64,000 nucleotides of DNA from a virus (lineage: Duplodnaviria; Caudoviricetes). Where the stretch lies: IMG/VR virus record IMGVR_UViG_3300025098_005131, one strand, 5' to 3'. Of the stretch, positions 51,162-59,113 are shown one piece after another; positions within the stretch are counted from its first letter, which is position 1, and every line of letters starts with the position of its first letter. The translations under genes were made by a program, and so were the position numbers. The notes under the pieces are model-generated. The model had not been told where the DNA came from, made no database searches, and worked only from the letters and a program-made list of their open reading frames with translations.

Positions 51162-52526
51162 TTATAATTTACCAGCTACAATGTTTGCCAATTCTGATCT
51201 GTAGCCTTTTTTAAAATTAATGTGGCCTGTTAAGCTTTCTTCTTTTAATTTTTCAATTACTATTGTTAAGCCGTTAGAAAATTTACTAACGTAAGGCAAG
51301 TCGACTTGTTCAATGTCTCCTAATAAAACAACTTTAGAATTTTTACCTGTTCTAGTTATTATTGTCTTTAACTCATGAACTGTTGCATTTTGAGCTTCAT
51401 CAACAATAATAACAGAATCATTAAAACTTCTACCTCTTATATGTGACAAAGGTGCAACATCAATCTGTCCTCTTTCCATCATCATATCGAAGTAAGTTAA
51501 GTCTCCAAATTGATTTCTAAAATTGTCGACAATCGGAGCTAGCCATGGTGCCATTTTTTCATTAACAGTTCCAGGAAGAAAGCCTATATCTTTACCTACA
51601 GTCTCCATAGGTCTTGTAAAAATAATTCTTTTTTTACTTTCTCTTTCAATAAATTTTAATGCTGTCATCAAAGCTAGATAAGTTTTACCGCTACCAGGGA
51701 TTCCAGTTAAAGTTACTAAGGGAATATTTTCATCTAATAACAACTCCAAAGCATAAATCTGCTCTTTGTTTTTTGCTTCTATACCACTTTGCTTTAAAAG
51801 CTCCTGCTTGCTTTCAAGTATGATCAAGTTTTTGTCTTTTCTCATCATTAGACAAGACTGGCTGTTTCCATTGTTTGACTTCAAGGCAACAAATTCGTTT
51901 TCACTTAAATGAAAATCTTCTAATTCTGAAAGGTCACTTTCTATTTTCAAATGATTACCAGAATAAGCTCTGTTTATAATATCTGGGTCAACTATTAGTT
52001 CAACATGTCCTTGAAAAAGATTGTCTTCCTGGATAAACTCATAATCAGCATAATAATCTCCTGCAGGTATACCTACAGCGTCACACTTGACTCTAAGATT
52101 TATGTCTTTTGTTATTACTGTGATTTTACTATACTTTTCGTAATCATGTTTACCAATTTTTTTATGATGTTTTTTATAGTAGTTTGCGTTAGCAATAATT
52201 ACATTATCATTATAGTTTCTATCTAAACCTTCTAACCCTGCCCAACAACTATCTGAACTAACTTTTATATTGATGTCAGATTTTTCGTAGTAAACACCTT
52301 CATTTAGACTACCTTCTTCTCTTAACTCATCAAGAAATCTGTTAATAAATCTAGCATATTCTCCTAGTAAACCTTCTCTTGACTTGAACTTATCTATTTC
52401 CTCTAATACTACTAAAGGTATTACAATATCATTGCCTTCCATATTAAACATGGCATTTTTGTCATATAACAGTACACTTGTATCAATTACAAATAACTTT
52501 CTATTATCTTTCGATTTGTTACTCAT
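51162..52526 (-). CDS. phoH: PIN-domain PhoH family ATPase (PhoH2/YlaK type)
   Basis: N-terminal PIN (VIDTSVLLYD, VVLEEIDKFK, DNVII, ITKDINLRVK) plus PhoH (KNKEQ, GIPGSGKT, RGRSF, IVDEAQN, LLGDIEQVD, RSELA). Confidence 0.92.
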   Translation of the reverse strand: MSNKSKDNRKLFVIDTSVLLYDKNAMFNMEGNDIVIPLVVLEEIDKFKSREGLLGEYARFINRFLDELREEGSLNEGVYYEKSDINIKVSSDSCWAGLEGLDRNYNDNVIIANANYYKKHHKKIGKHDYEKYSKITVITKDINLRVKCDAVGIPAGDYYADYEFIQEDNLFQGHVELIVDPDIINRAYSGNHLKIESDLSELEDFHLSENEFVALKSNNGNSQSCLMMRKDKNLIILESKQELLKQSGIEAKNKEQIYALELLLDENIPLVTLTGIPGSGKTYLALMTALKFIERESKKRIIFTRPMETVGKDIGFLPGTVNEKMAPWLAPIVDNFRNQFGDLTYFDMMMERGQIDVAPLSHIRGRSFNDSVIIVDEAQNATVHELKTIITRTGKNSKVVLLGDIEQVDLPYVSKFSNGLTIVIEKLKEESLTGHINFKKGYRSELANIVAGKL

Positions 52527-52538
52527 TGTAAATCCTCC

Positions 52539-52548
52539 TAATAACTAT
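52539..52548 (-). promoter_or_regulatory. Putative promoter motif ATAGTTATTA
   Basis: 12 nt before the phoH start and abutting the AGGAGG SD. Confidence 0.35.
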
Positions 52549-52597
52549 TAAACTATATTTGTAATTATCATAAAGTTAATGAAAGGAAAATTATACT

Positions 52598-52834
52598 ATG
52601 AGTGAACATACAACAACTTGTTTTAATGAACATAAAAAAAACAGCGTGTCTTGCAAAAATAAAAAATGCAGGTACTGGCACAAATTAAAAAGTGACAATA
52701 ACTGCATTATTAACGCTTCTCAAAAAAGAATTTATACTCTTCAAGAAGTAGGTGATTTGTTTGATATAACTCGAATGAGGGTATGTCAAATTGAAAAGTC
52801 TGCCATAAACAAGTTAAAGGCAAAGTCTCAATAA
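52598..52834 (+). CDS. Standalone sigma-70 region-4 HTH protein with a Cys/His-rich N-terminus
   Basis: YTLQEVGDLFDITRMRVCQIEKSAINKL matches region 4.2 (TL.EVG..F..TRERIRQIE.KAL.KL); N-terminal C..C..C.YWH..C. Confidence 0.8.
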   Translation: MSEHTTTCFNEHKKNSVSCKNKKCRYWHKLKSDNNCIINASQKRIYTLQEVGDLFDITRMRVCQIEKSAINKLKAKSQ

Positions 52835-52835
52835 A

Positions 52836-53069
52836 TTATCGATCCAACTTTCCTAGAGTAAATTTGACAAAGTCTCCTGATGTTGATTTTAGGAGTCTTA
52901 AACTCTTTCGAAGCCTTGTTCCAGCTGCTTTATTGCCATTTCCAGACTTAATTACGTCTGACTCCATACTTTCAATCATGAGCTTAATATAACTGTAAAA
53001 CTCTTGGTTAGTGCTAGGCTCTAATACTTCATCTACTTGTTCAAGTTGATCTAGTTCTTCTTGTGACAT
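52836..53069 (-). CDS. Histone H1-like (Hc1 family) nucleoid-associated protein
   Basis: GNKAAGTRLRKSL matches the Hc1 family core GNKAAGTRARK; acidic N-terminal extension; AGGAGA SD at 53076..53081. Confidence 0.75.
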   Translation of the reverse strand: MSQEELDQLEQVDEVLEPSTNQEFYSYIKLMIESMESDVIKSGNGNKAAGTRLRKSLRLLKSTSGDFVKFTLGKLDR

Positions 53070-53083
53070 TTTCTGTCTCCTTT

Positions 53084-53305
53084 TTAAATTTCAAATTTAG
53101 GTTTTTCTTCTGTCTCTTCGATAATATCATTTTTCAGTACACTCTGTATTTTTTTCATAACAAATGTATCTTCTAACTCTAAAGAAAGCAAATCAATTAT
53201 TTTTATAATTTCATTGTTACTTGCACCATATCTCAATATTTCCTGAGTAATGTCGCGACATTTTTCTAAAGATTTTAAATCATCAACATTTTTTGGATCT
53301 AACAT
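53084..53305 (-). CDS. Hypothetical protein
   Basis: 73 aa, TAATG-coupled to the upstream gene. Confidence 0.6.
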   Translation of the reverse strand: MLDPKNVDDLKSLEKCRDITQEILRYGASNNEIIKIIDLLSLELEDTFVMKKIQSVLKNDIIEETEEKPKFEI

Positions 53306-53784
53306 TAAATGTACCTTTGTGATATTTCTTTTTTAATTTTAACATTTCCTGAAGATATGTTAAGGCAATTATACACTGTATTGTCTTGTATGTCTTTTTT
53401 TTCTAAAACTATTGAATAATCAATTTTGTTATCTAAACAATGCTCAACTAATTCCCATATTGATACATCACATTCATATTTTTCTAATATTTCAACAACA
53501 TTGAATAACTCTTTTTGCTTAAAGTTAAATATTATATCATCTTTTGTAGTAACTAATCCTTCGTACATATCATCTCCCCACTTAATGTTACTTTTGCAAA
53601 AGTCTGTAACTTCGTGTATTACTGCACAATTATTACATTTAACATATTTTTTTTCAATATTCCCGTTATCTTCTGAAACTGAAAATACTGGGAATTTGTG
53701 ATACAAAGGTTTTGATTTATTTTGAAATAATTTTAATATGCAATGACATTCTAACAAGTGTCTTGTAAAATTAGTTTTAAACAA
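53305..53784 (-). CDS. Putative zinc-ribbon protein
   Basis: LECHC, KCNNCAVIHEV and FCKS motifs; TTG start in the track. Confidence 0.5.
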   Translation of the reverse strand: MFKTNFTRHLLECHCILKLFQNKSKPLYHKFPVFSVSEDNGNIEKKYVKCNNCAVIHEVTDFCKSNIKWGDDMYEGLVTTKDDIIFNFKQKELFNVVEILEKYECDVSIWELVEHCLDNKIDYSIVLEKKDIQDNTVYNCLNISSGNVKIKKEISQRYI

Positions 53785-53799
53785 ATTAAATTCTTTCTT

Positions 53800-54060
53800 T
53801 TAATTTCCTTTAACAGCTTTTATTAGTTGATCAATTCCCCAACTTTTAGCGCTAGCTGTTTCTTCATGTATAATTTTATTAATTTCTAACATTGTTTTTT
53901 TGTCAATTCTAAGATCATTAGAACTTTCTACAATTTTTGAAATTACTTTGCTTGAATATACATCTAAAACATCATAATATTTCCTACCAACCTCAGCTAT
54001 ATTAACTTTTGGCTCTTGACTTTTTGTTGTTTGTGTATTTGATTTTTTAGCTACTGGCAT
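53800..54060 (-). CDS. Hypothetical protein
   Basis: 86 aa, start overlaps the end of the GroEL-like gene. Confidence 0.6.
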   Translation of the reverse strand: MPVAKKSNTQTTKSQEPKVNIAEVGRKYYDVLDVYSSKVISKIVESSNDLRIDKKTMLEINKIIHEETASAKSWGIDQLIKAVKGN

Positions 54061-55252
54061 TTTTTTCTCCTAATTTTATTTTATAAGATATACTTTTAAT
54101 GTTTTTATATAACTTTTCAGCAAGAATATCAGTTATCTTTTCGCATTGTATTGATTGTATAATATTGTCACTTCTTGTATATACACCTTTAATTGCACAA
54201 AAGTTATAACACTTTATTAAGTTTTTTAATTCATTGAGCAAAGTTATATCTTTTTTTGGAATTCTAACTATTGTATTGTTAGGCGAGCATCTAGTTTTTC
54301 TTGTTCTTAGATAATCTAACAGTTCAGAATTTGAAGAATTTTCTGTAATTTGTTTATTAATTGAATTTATTAGACTTTTATTTTTTGGATTAGTTGAAAT
54401 GTCGTGACTAGAAATTGTGCATTTTGTATACACAGCTTTCTCCACTAAAGAATTGTTTATGTTATCACCAGACTCTGCAGAAACTATTTTTGCTCCAATC
54501 ATTTCTGCAAAATCTTTCATTTTAAAAGGGTCTTCGTTATTGTACTTTTCAACATAAGGGTAAACTAGAATATTATTTTTTAATAAAATATTTTTAAGGT
54601 TTCTTTTTGCATTATCGCTTAAGCCTCTGCAAATTATAATTACTGGCGTGTTATTAACCTTAGCATGTTCAACTAAAGAAAATATTTCAGATTCTCTTTC
54701 AATATAACAATCTAAAATTGAAACAAAAAAATCTTTTGTTGTTTTGTTTATATTTTTAAAATATATTTCTTTAAAGCTGTTATCAATAGAAAAGTCAAAT
54801 ACAGGCTTGCAAGTTTTACTAACTTCAATTTTCTCATTATCTGAGCTTTTGCAAATTATAGAAGCATCTGCTCCTGAAAAATGTATTACGCTTTCAAATA
54901 ATTCATATGCACTTTTATTTGAAAGCTGTTTTAAATGGCAAAGAATACTTTCAAAGTTTTTATCTGTTTTTTGGTTTTGCTTTTCTTTATTAACACCATA
55001 GATTTTATTGCAAAGCTTAACAGAGAGCATGTGGCTGCTACCTGGATAGCTTTTTTCTGACTTGTCAAAATAGTCAATTAAAAGATTTCTATAGTGATCA
55101 TTGTAAAAGTCAGATGACCAATAAAAGTAATGATAAAAAAGAAATTTACTATTGTAAACATCTTTATCAACAATTCTGCACTTGTTATAAAAAAAGTCTT
55201 TATTTAGTCTAGAAAGCCTAGCAGCTGTATTTAAAATATTTTTGTTTATCAT
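54047..55252 (-). CDS. Degenerate GroEL/Cpn60-like chaperonin
   Basis: Apical-domain resemblance: PVIIICRGLSDNAKRNL ~ PLLIIAEDVEGEALATL; MKDFAEMIGAKIVSAESG ~ LEDIAILTGGTVISEE.G; LDYLRTRKTRC ~ .EKLQERLAKL. Only 401 aa, and no GDGTTT motif. Confidence 0.6.
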   Translation of the reverse strand: MINKNILNTAARLSRLNKDFFYNKCRIVDKDVYNSKFLFYHYFYWSSDFYNDHYRNLLIDYFDKSEKSYPGSSHMLSVKLCNKIYGVNKEKQNQKTDKNFESILCHLKQLSNKSAYELFESVIHFSGADASIICKSSDNEKIEVSKTCKPVFDFSIDNSFKEIYFKNINKTTKDFFVSILDCYIERESEIFSLVEHAKVNNTPVIIICRGLSDNAKRNLKNILLKNNILVYPYVEKYNNEDPFKMKDFAEMIGAKIVSAESGDNINNSLVEKAVYTKCTISSHDISTNPKNKSLINSINKQITENSSNSELLDYLRTRKTRCSPNNTIVRIPKKDITLLNELKNLIKCYNFCAIKGVYTRSDNIIQSIQCEKITDILAEKLYKNIKSISYKIKLGEKNASS

Positions 55253-55284
55253 AGTGTAAATTATAACAAATAGTAATTAAAAGT

Positions 55285-55764
55285 TTAGGTTTTAAAACTT
55301 TGTAAAATAACATTTTCAGCCCAGTCAAGAGGATTTTTTAAGTAAGGCAGAAGCATTTCATATTTTTTTTCTTTACTTGATAAAGTAAAAGATTTGTGTT
55401 CTAATATACCTGTATGAGGATTTTTTCGTATCATTGGCTTATATAGACAGTCTTTTTTAATCTCAGCAATATACATTCTCAAAACGTGATTATTTATTTG
55501 TTTTTCTGAGAAAAAAGACTTTCCTACATTGTCGACAAAAACATAGTCATCACTTTTTAAATTTATTTCTTCATATGTTTCTCTTATTGCGCAATCTAAA
55601 GGAAATTCTCCTTCATCTATAGATCCTTTTGGAAAGTCGTAAAAACCGTCTAGGCCTTTCATGAAAAGATAAAGAATATTTTCTTCTAAGCCTTTAACTT
55701 TTTCATGTCTAATTCCTCTATTATCAAAAAAAACTATTATTCCAGCGCCTGTACATTTTTCCAT
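55285..55764 (-). CDS. Nudix hydrolase (Ap4A-hydrolase-like)
   Basis: GAGIIVF..YDFPKGSIDEGEFPLDCAIRETYEEINL is a Nudix box G-x5-E-x7-RE-xx-EE; AGGAG SD at 55775..55779. Confidence 0.9.
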   Translation of the reverse strand: MEKCTGAGIIVFFDNRGIRHEKVKGLEENILYLFMKGLDGFYDFPKGSIDEGEFPLDCAIRETYEEINLKSDDYVFVDNVGKSFFSEKQINNHVLRMYIAEIKKDCLYKPMIRKNPHTGILEHKSFTLSSKEKKYEMLLPYLKNPLDWAENVILQSFKT

Positions 55765-55778
55765 ATAATATCAACTCC

Positions 55779-57446
55779 TTAGAATTCGTGATAATTGTCA
55801 AAAAAGTCCTTTGGAAAATCATTTCTACACATAGACTTAATTCTCTTCCAATCACTATCTAATATATATGTAACTGCTTTATCCTTTTCAGATCTTATAC
55901 TTCTACCTACACTTTGTATTATTGTTCTAATTGTTTGTGTATTATACCACCACTTCCACTTAGACATTTTTTTCTTTACAACTTTGTCACCCAAATAAGG
56001 AAATGGTACTTTACATAATATTTGGAACTCTGAAAGTTTTCCTTTTAAGTCGACACCTTCTGACATTGAAGGTGAAATTAGTATCGTAGGCTTTTTAGAC
56101 TCATTGTGTTGCTTTAAAGCTTTGTCTCTGTTTTCTCCATAAGCAACTATTATCCTGTTGCTTTTTATATTTTCACTTAGATATTTTGCAATTTTAGTAC
56201 TATGTGTATGAACAATACCTTTCTCGTTTTTATGATTTCCCATGATTTCTTTAATCATGCTTACCATTGTGGGCAATGTTTTGTCAATATTTTTTGCTGA
56301 CATGCTACCAGCAGGCGAGTATATAATTGGCCTGTTTTCTGGCGGGAAAGGTGATGCTTCTTTTATAGATATAATTTCGTCTGAAGGCAGACCAATTGTC
56401 AGACTAAAGCCTTCATGTGATATAATAGTTGCTGACATAAAAATGATATAGTCAGCAAACTTCATTAAATATTGATGTGCGTATTTTGATATGTCAATAG
56501 GTTTAAAAACAAATTTAATATACTTTTGGTTTGTTTTTTCTATGTCAAAAACCCAATTATCTTTACTGTAAAGCTGTATAAACTGCAGTATTTTTTGTTC
56601 ATGACTCTTTAGCAAATCATATCTTTTTGTGATTTTTTTAAATTCTTCTAGTTTAGTGCTTGTAATACCAAATTTCTTCATTTGTGCAGAGATAAAATTT
56701 ATTTTATTGCTAAGAGAAGTGTGATAAGTATTTTTTATCCAGTTGTAAACTTTAAATTGTGTATCTAACCCTCTAGGAACTTTAAGGCCTAAGATTTTTT
56801 CTGAAAAATAACTTGAAACCGATATCTCTATAAATCTTGTTAGCTCATTTTCTAAGTTGTGAGCTTCGTCTACAACTAAAACTCTTTTATTAGGCAGTTT
56901 TTGACTATAGTTTTTTTCTGTTAAGAAATAACTAAAATTTGTTATTCCAAGTCTTTTTTCTATAAATTTCTTCTTTTTAGCTTTATACACACATTCGTAA
57001 TTACATTTTTCAAATTTTTTGCTATTACTTCCAGATCTATTTGCTGTTAATATATCTTTGCATGATGCTTTTTTATCTATATTACACTGGTAATTTGATG
57101 AAGAGGATAAAGAGACTAAACCTTTACTGCTAAAGTCTTTTTCATATTGCTCTTGTAACACTTTCTGTGTAGTTAAAAAGTAGCAACCTTCTTCATATAC
57201 ACCTTTAAATTGATATTCGTTGTCTGAAATGTATTTAGCTATAGTTAAACCAATCGCAGACTTTCCTACTCCAGTACCGCAATCTATTATTGCATATTTT
57301 TTACCGTTTTTAAATGCGTTTAAAACTTTATTAATAGAATTTTCTTGTTGGTCTCTTGGTGAAGAATATGGAAAGCTACTTTTCCAATTCAAAGTATTAA
57401 TATCCTTTTTAGGATTATATATATTATTGTTAGTAGAAGAAGTCAA
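55779..57446 (-). CDS. SF2 helicase, DinG/XPD (Rad3) family with Fe-S motif
   Basis: FPYSSPRDQQ (Q motif), CGTGVGKS (Walker A), four Cys in YQC..SC..KC..EC, VDEAHNLE, MSAT, SEGVDLKG, KVPFP, QSVGRSIR. Confidence 0.9.
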   Translation of the reverse strand: MTSSTNNNIYNPKKDINTLNWKSSFPYSSPRDQQENSINKVLNAFKNGKKYAIIDCGTGVGKSAIGLTIAKYISDNEYQFKGVYEEGCYFLTTQKVLQEQYEKDFSSKGLVSLSSSSNYQCNIDKKASCKDILTANRSGSNSKKFEKCNYECVYKAKKKKFIEKRLGITNFSYFLTEKNYSQKLPNKRVLVVDEAHNLENELTRFIEISVSSYFSEKILGLKVPRGLDTQFKVYNWIKNTYHTSLSNKINFISAQMKKFGITSTKLEEFKKITKRYDLLKSHEQKILQFIQLYSKDNWVFDIEKTNQKYIKFVFKPIDISKYAHQYLMKFADYIIFMSATIISHEGFSLTIGLPSDEIISIKEASPFPPENRPIIYSPAGSMSAKNIDKTLPTMVSMIKEIMGNHKNEKGIVHTHSTKIAKYLSENIKSNRIIVAYGENRDKALKQHNESKKPTILISPSMSEGVDLKGKLSEFQILCKVPFPYLGDKVVKKKMSKWKWWYNTQTIRTIIQSVGRSIRSEKDKAVTYILDSDWKRIKSMCRNDFPKDFFDNYHEF

Positions 57447-57467
57447 ATTACAACCTTGAGTATTTAA

Positions 57468-57743
57468 ATGAGCAATAAAAAATTATTAAAAGAAAAGTTT
57501 AACAAGACAGAAATTTCAAAAATCAAGTCTATTGTCAAAAAAGAAATAGAAAAATATCAAAGAAACGAACTAAAAAAAGAAATAGAAAAATATGTTTCTA
57601 AACATACTAGCAGTATGCGTCTAAGTGATATTGATAAAAATTTCGATAAAACAATAGAAGATATTTTTAAAGATATGATGCAAAAATATCATGAGATGTT
57701 TTATCGACAAAAAGATATAATTCGCAACCGTCTTAAACTTTAG
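57468..57743 (+). CDS. Small Lys/Glu-rich protein
   Basis: 91 aa, divergent from the helicase; helical, with LKE motifs. Confidence 0.6.
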   Translation: MSNKKLLKEKFNKTEISKIKSIVKKEIEKYQRNELKKEIEKYVSKHTSSMRLSDIDKNFDKTIEDIFKDMMQKYHEMFYRQKDIIRNRLKL

Positions 57744-57778
57744 TATTATTATAATTAATTTACAATAAATTTACAAAA

Positions 57779-58282
57779 TTAATTATTAATATTTTTTGTC
57801 CTTAAATTTCTTGTAAAAATATGCATATAGTCTTCTTCCATATCTACATGGATATTGTTTTTATCTTTTTCTTCTTTACCCTGACTTTCTCTGTCTTCAA
57901 TATACAGTGACTCTTTACCTGACATTGTGTTAACGCTGTCTTCCAAGTAAAGTCCTTCAATATCAGCAACTAGTTGCTGATCTGTAATATTTCCAGCTGC
58001 ACCCTTACCGTCAGGAGCTGCACCCTTACCTCTAGGAGTGTGAATGTTTCTTCCTACTTCACTTATTATTTTTATATTTCTTGCTATTTCTTTGATTTTG
58101 TTTTTTTTAAAATATCTAGTTTCACAGCTTTCAAAAAAAGACAAAAGAGACTTTTCAAAACATTTATTTTTTTCAAGCAAAAAATCAAAATAAGCTACTT
58201 CTGATTCTTTTAACATAATTCCATAACTGTTATATAAAGCTTTAGATAATATTCTTTTTTGATTTTTATTTTTTTGTTTCAC
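57779..58282 (-). CDS. Hypothetical protein
   Basis: 167 aa; contains a 15-bp direct repeat (AGCTGCACCCTTACC at 57995 and 58016) encoding GKGAA twice. Confidence 0.6.
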   Translation of the reverse strand: MKQKNKNQKRILSKALYNSYGIMLKESEVAYFDFLLEKNKCFEKSLLSFFESCETRYFKKNKIKEIARNIKIISEVGRNIHTPRGKGAAPDGKGAAGNITDQQLVADIEGLYLEDSVNTMSGKESLYIEDRESQGKEEKDKNNIHVDMEEDYMHIFTRNLRTKNINN

Positions 58283-58541
58283 TGTCTATCCTTTTTTTAT
58301 CATTGTCTAATATTTCTACAGCAGCATTTACATATTTGTCTAAAGCTGCTTGTCCTAGTATATATCCTATTTGAATAAAGCCACTTGTAATAACAACTGT
58401 CATAAGTATAGCTAAAGAATAATGGTCTAATTTTCCTTGTAAATGAAATAGCAAATAAAAAATAACGCACTTCCATCCAAGTTCAGAAGTCATATATGCA
58501 ATAAATTTTTTACTTTTCATAGGTGTTTTATCTAGTAACAT
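58266..58541 (-). CDS. Small two-TM membrane protein (holin-like)
   Basis: 91 aa; two hydrophobic segments (LGWKCVIFYLLF; SLAILMTVVITSGFIQIGYILG) and a charged C-terminus. Confidence 0.5.
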   Translation of the reverse strand: MLLDKTPMKSKKFIAYMTSELGWKCVIFYLLFHLQGKLDHYSLAILMTVVITSGFIQIGYILGQAALDKYVNAAVEILDNDKKRIDSETKK

Positions 58542-58571
58542 TTTTGATTTGTCCTTATTTGTCTAACTTAT

Positions 58572-58583
58572 TGATAATTATTT
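58572..58583. promoter_or_regulatory. Bidirectional motif (ATAATTATTT on plus, ATAATTATCA on minus) between divergent genes
   Basis: The palindromic core ATAATTAT lies 23 nt before 58607(+) and 30 nt before 58541(-). Confidence 0.35.
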
Positions 58584-58606
58584 AATGAACAATAAAAGGA
58601 GTCAAT

Positions 58607-58864
58607 ATGCTTAAAAAGTATATAAAAATATTTCTCGAATCTTCTTTTGCAAATCAAAGTCAGAGCTTTTCTGACTTATTGAAGTCTATAGAAGATGAAC
58701 ATACAATAAAAAGAAAAAACTTAAAAACCAAAGAAATTTCATCTGAAAAAGACAAAATAAGATCAATTGAAGACATTAGTAATATTTTAAACCATTCAGG
58801 ACCTCCTAATAAAATACCTAGAAGTCATCTTTTCTTAAGTAAGAAGCCTAAGAAAAAAAGTTAG
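58607..58864 (+). CDS. Small hypothetical protein, first gene of the cyclase operon
   Basis: 85 aa; AGGAG SD at 58597..58601; basic C-terminus. Confidence 0.6.
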   Translation: MLKKYIKIFLESSFANQSQSFSDLLKSIEDEHTIKRKNLKTKEISSEKDKIRSIEDISNILNHSGPPNKIPRSHLFLSKKPKKKS

Positions 58865-58879
58865 TCACAGGTTAATATT

Positions 58880-59113
58880 ATGTTATTAGTTAGAAAATTA
58901 AAAATAAAAGATAATAATAAAAATACTGTTAGAGATCTAACTAAAAAAATGCCACCTCAAGGCTTTTGTCCATTATGCGAAAAAAAAGATAGTTTATGTG
59001 AATGTGAAAAGTTAAACTGTCATTGCAACATTGAAGCTATTAACTGTATTTGGCCTGAATGTTTATGTACTGTCTGTTTAGAGATAGATTGTGTATGTGA
59101 CAAAAATGAGTAG
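58880..59113 (+). CDS. Small Cys-rich (metallothionein-like) protein
   Basis: 12 Cys in the last 48 aa in CxxC and CxC patterns; its stop overlaps the likely cyclase ATG at 59106. Confidence 0.6.
   Translation: MLLVRKLKIKDNNKNTVRDLTKKMPPQGFCPLCEKKDSLCECEKLNCHCNIEAINCIWPECLCTVCLEIDCVCDKNE

Noticed and set aside
57751-57786. 11-bp inverted repeat between convergent genes (ATAATTAATTT / AAATTAATTAT)
   Set aside because: A/T-only stem, too weak to call a terminator and expected by chance in this composition.
57962-57981. Perfect 20-bp palindrome ATCAGCAACTAGTTGCTGAT
   Set aside because: Single copy inside a CDS. A rough estimate at about 70% AT gives a few tenths of such palindromes per 64 kb by chance, and no second site was seen.
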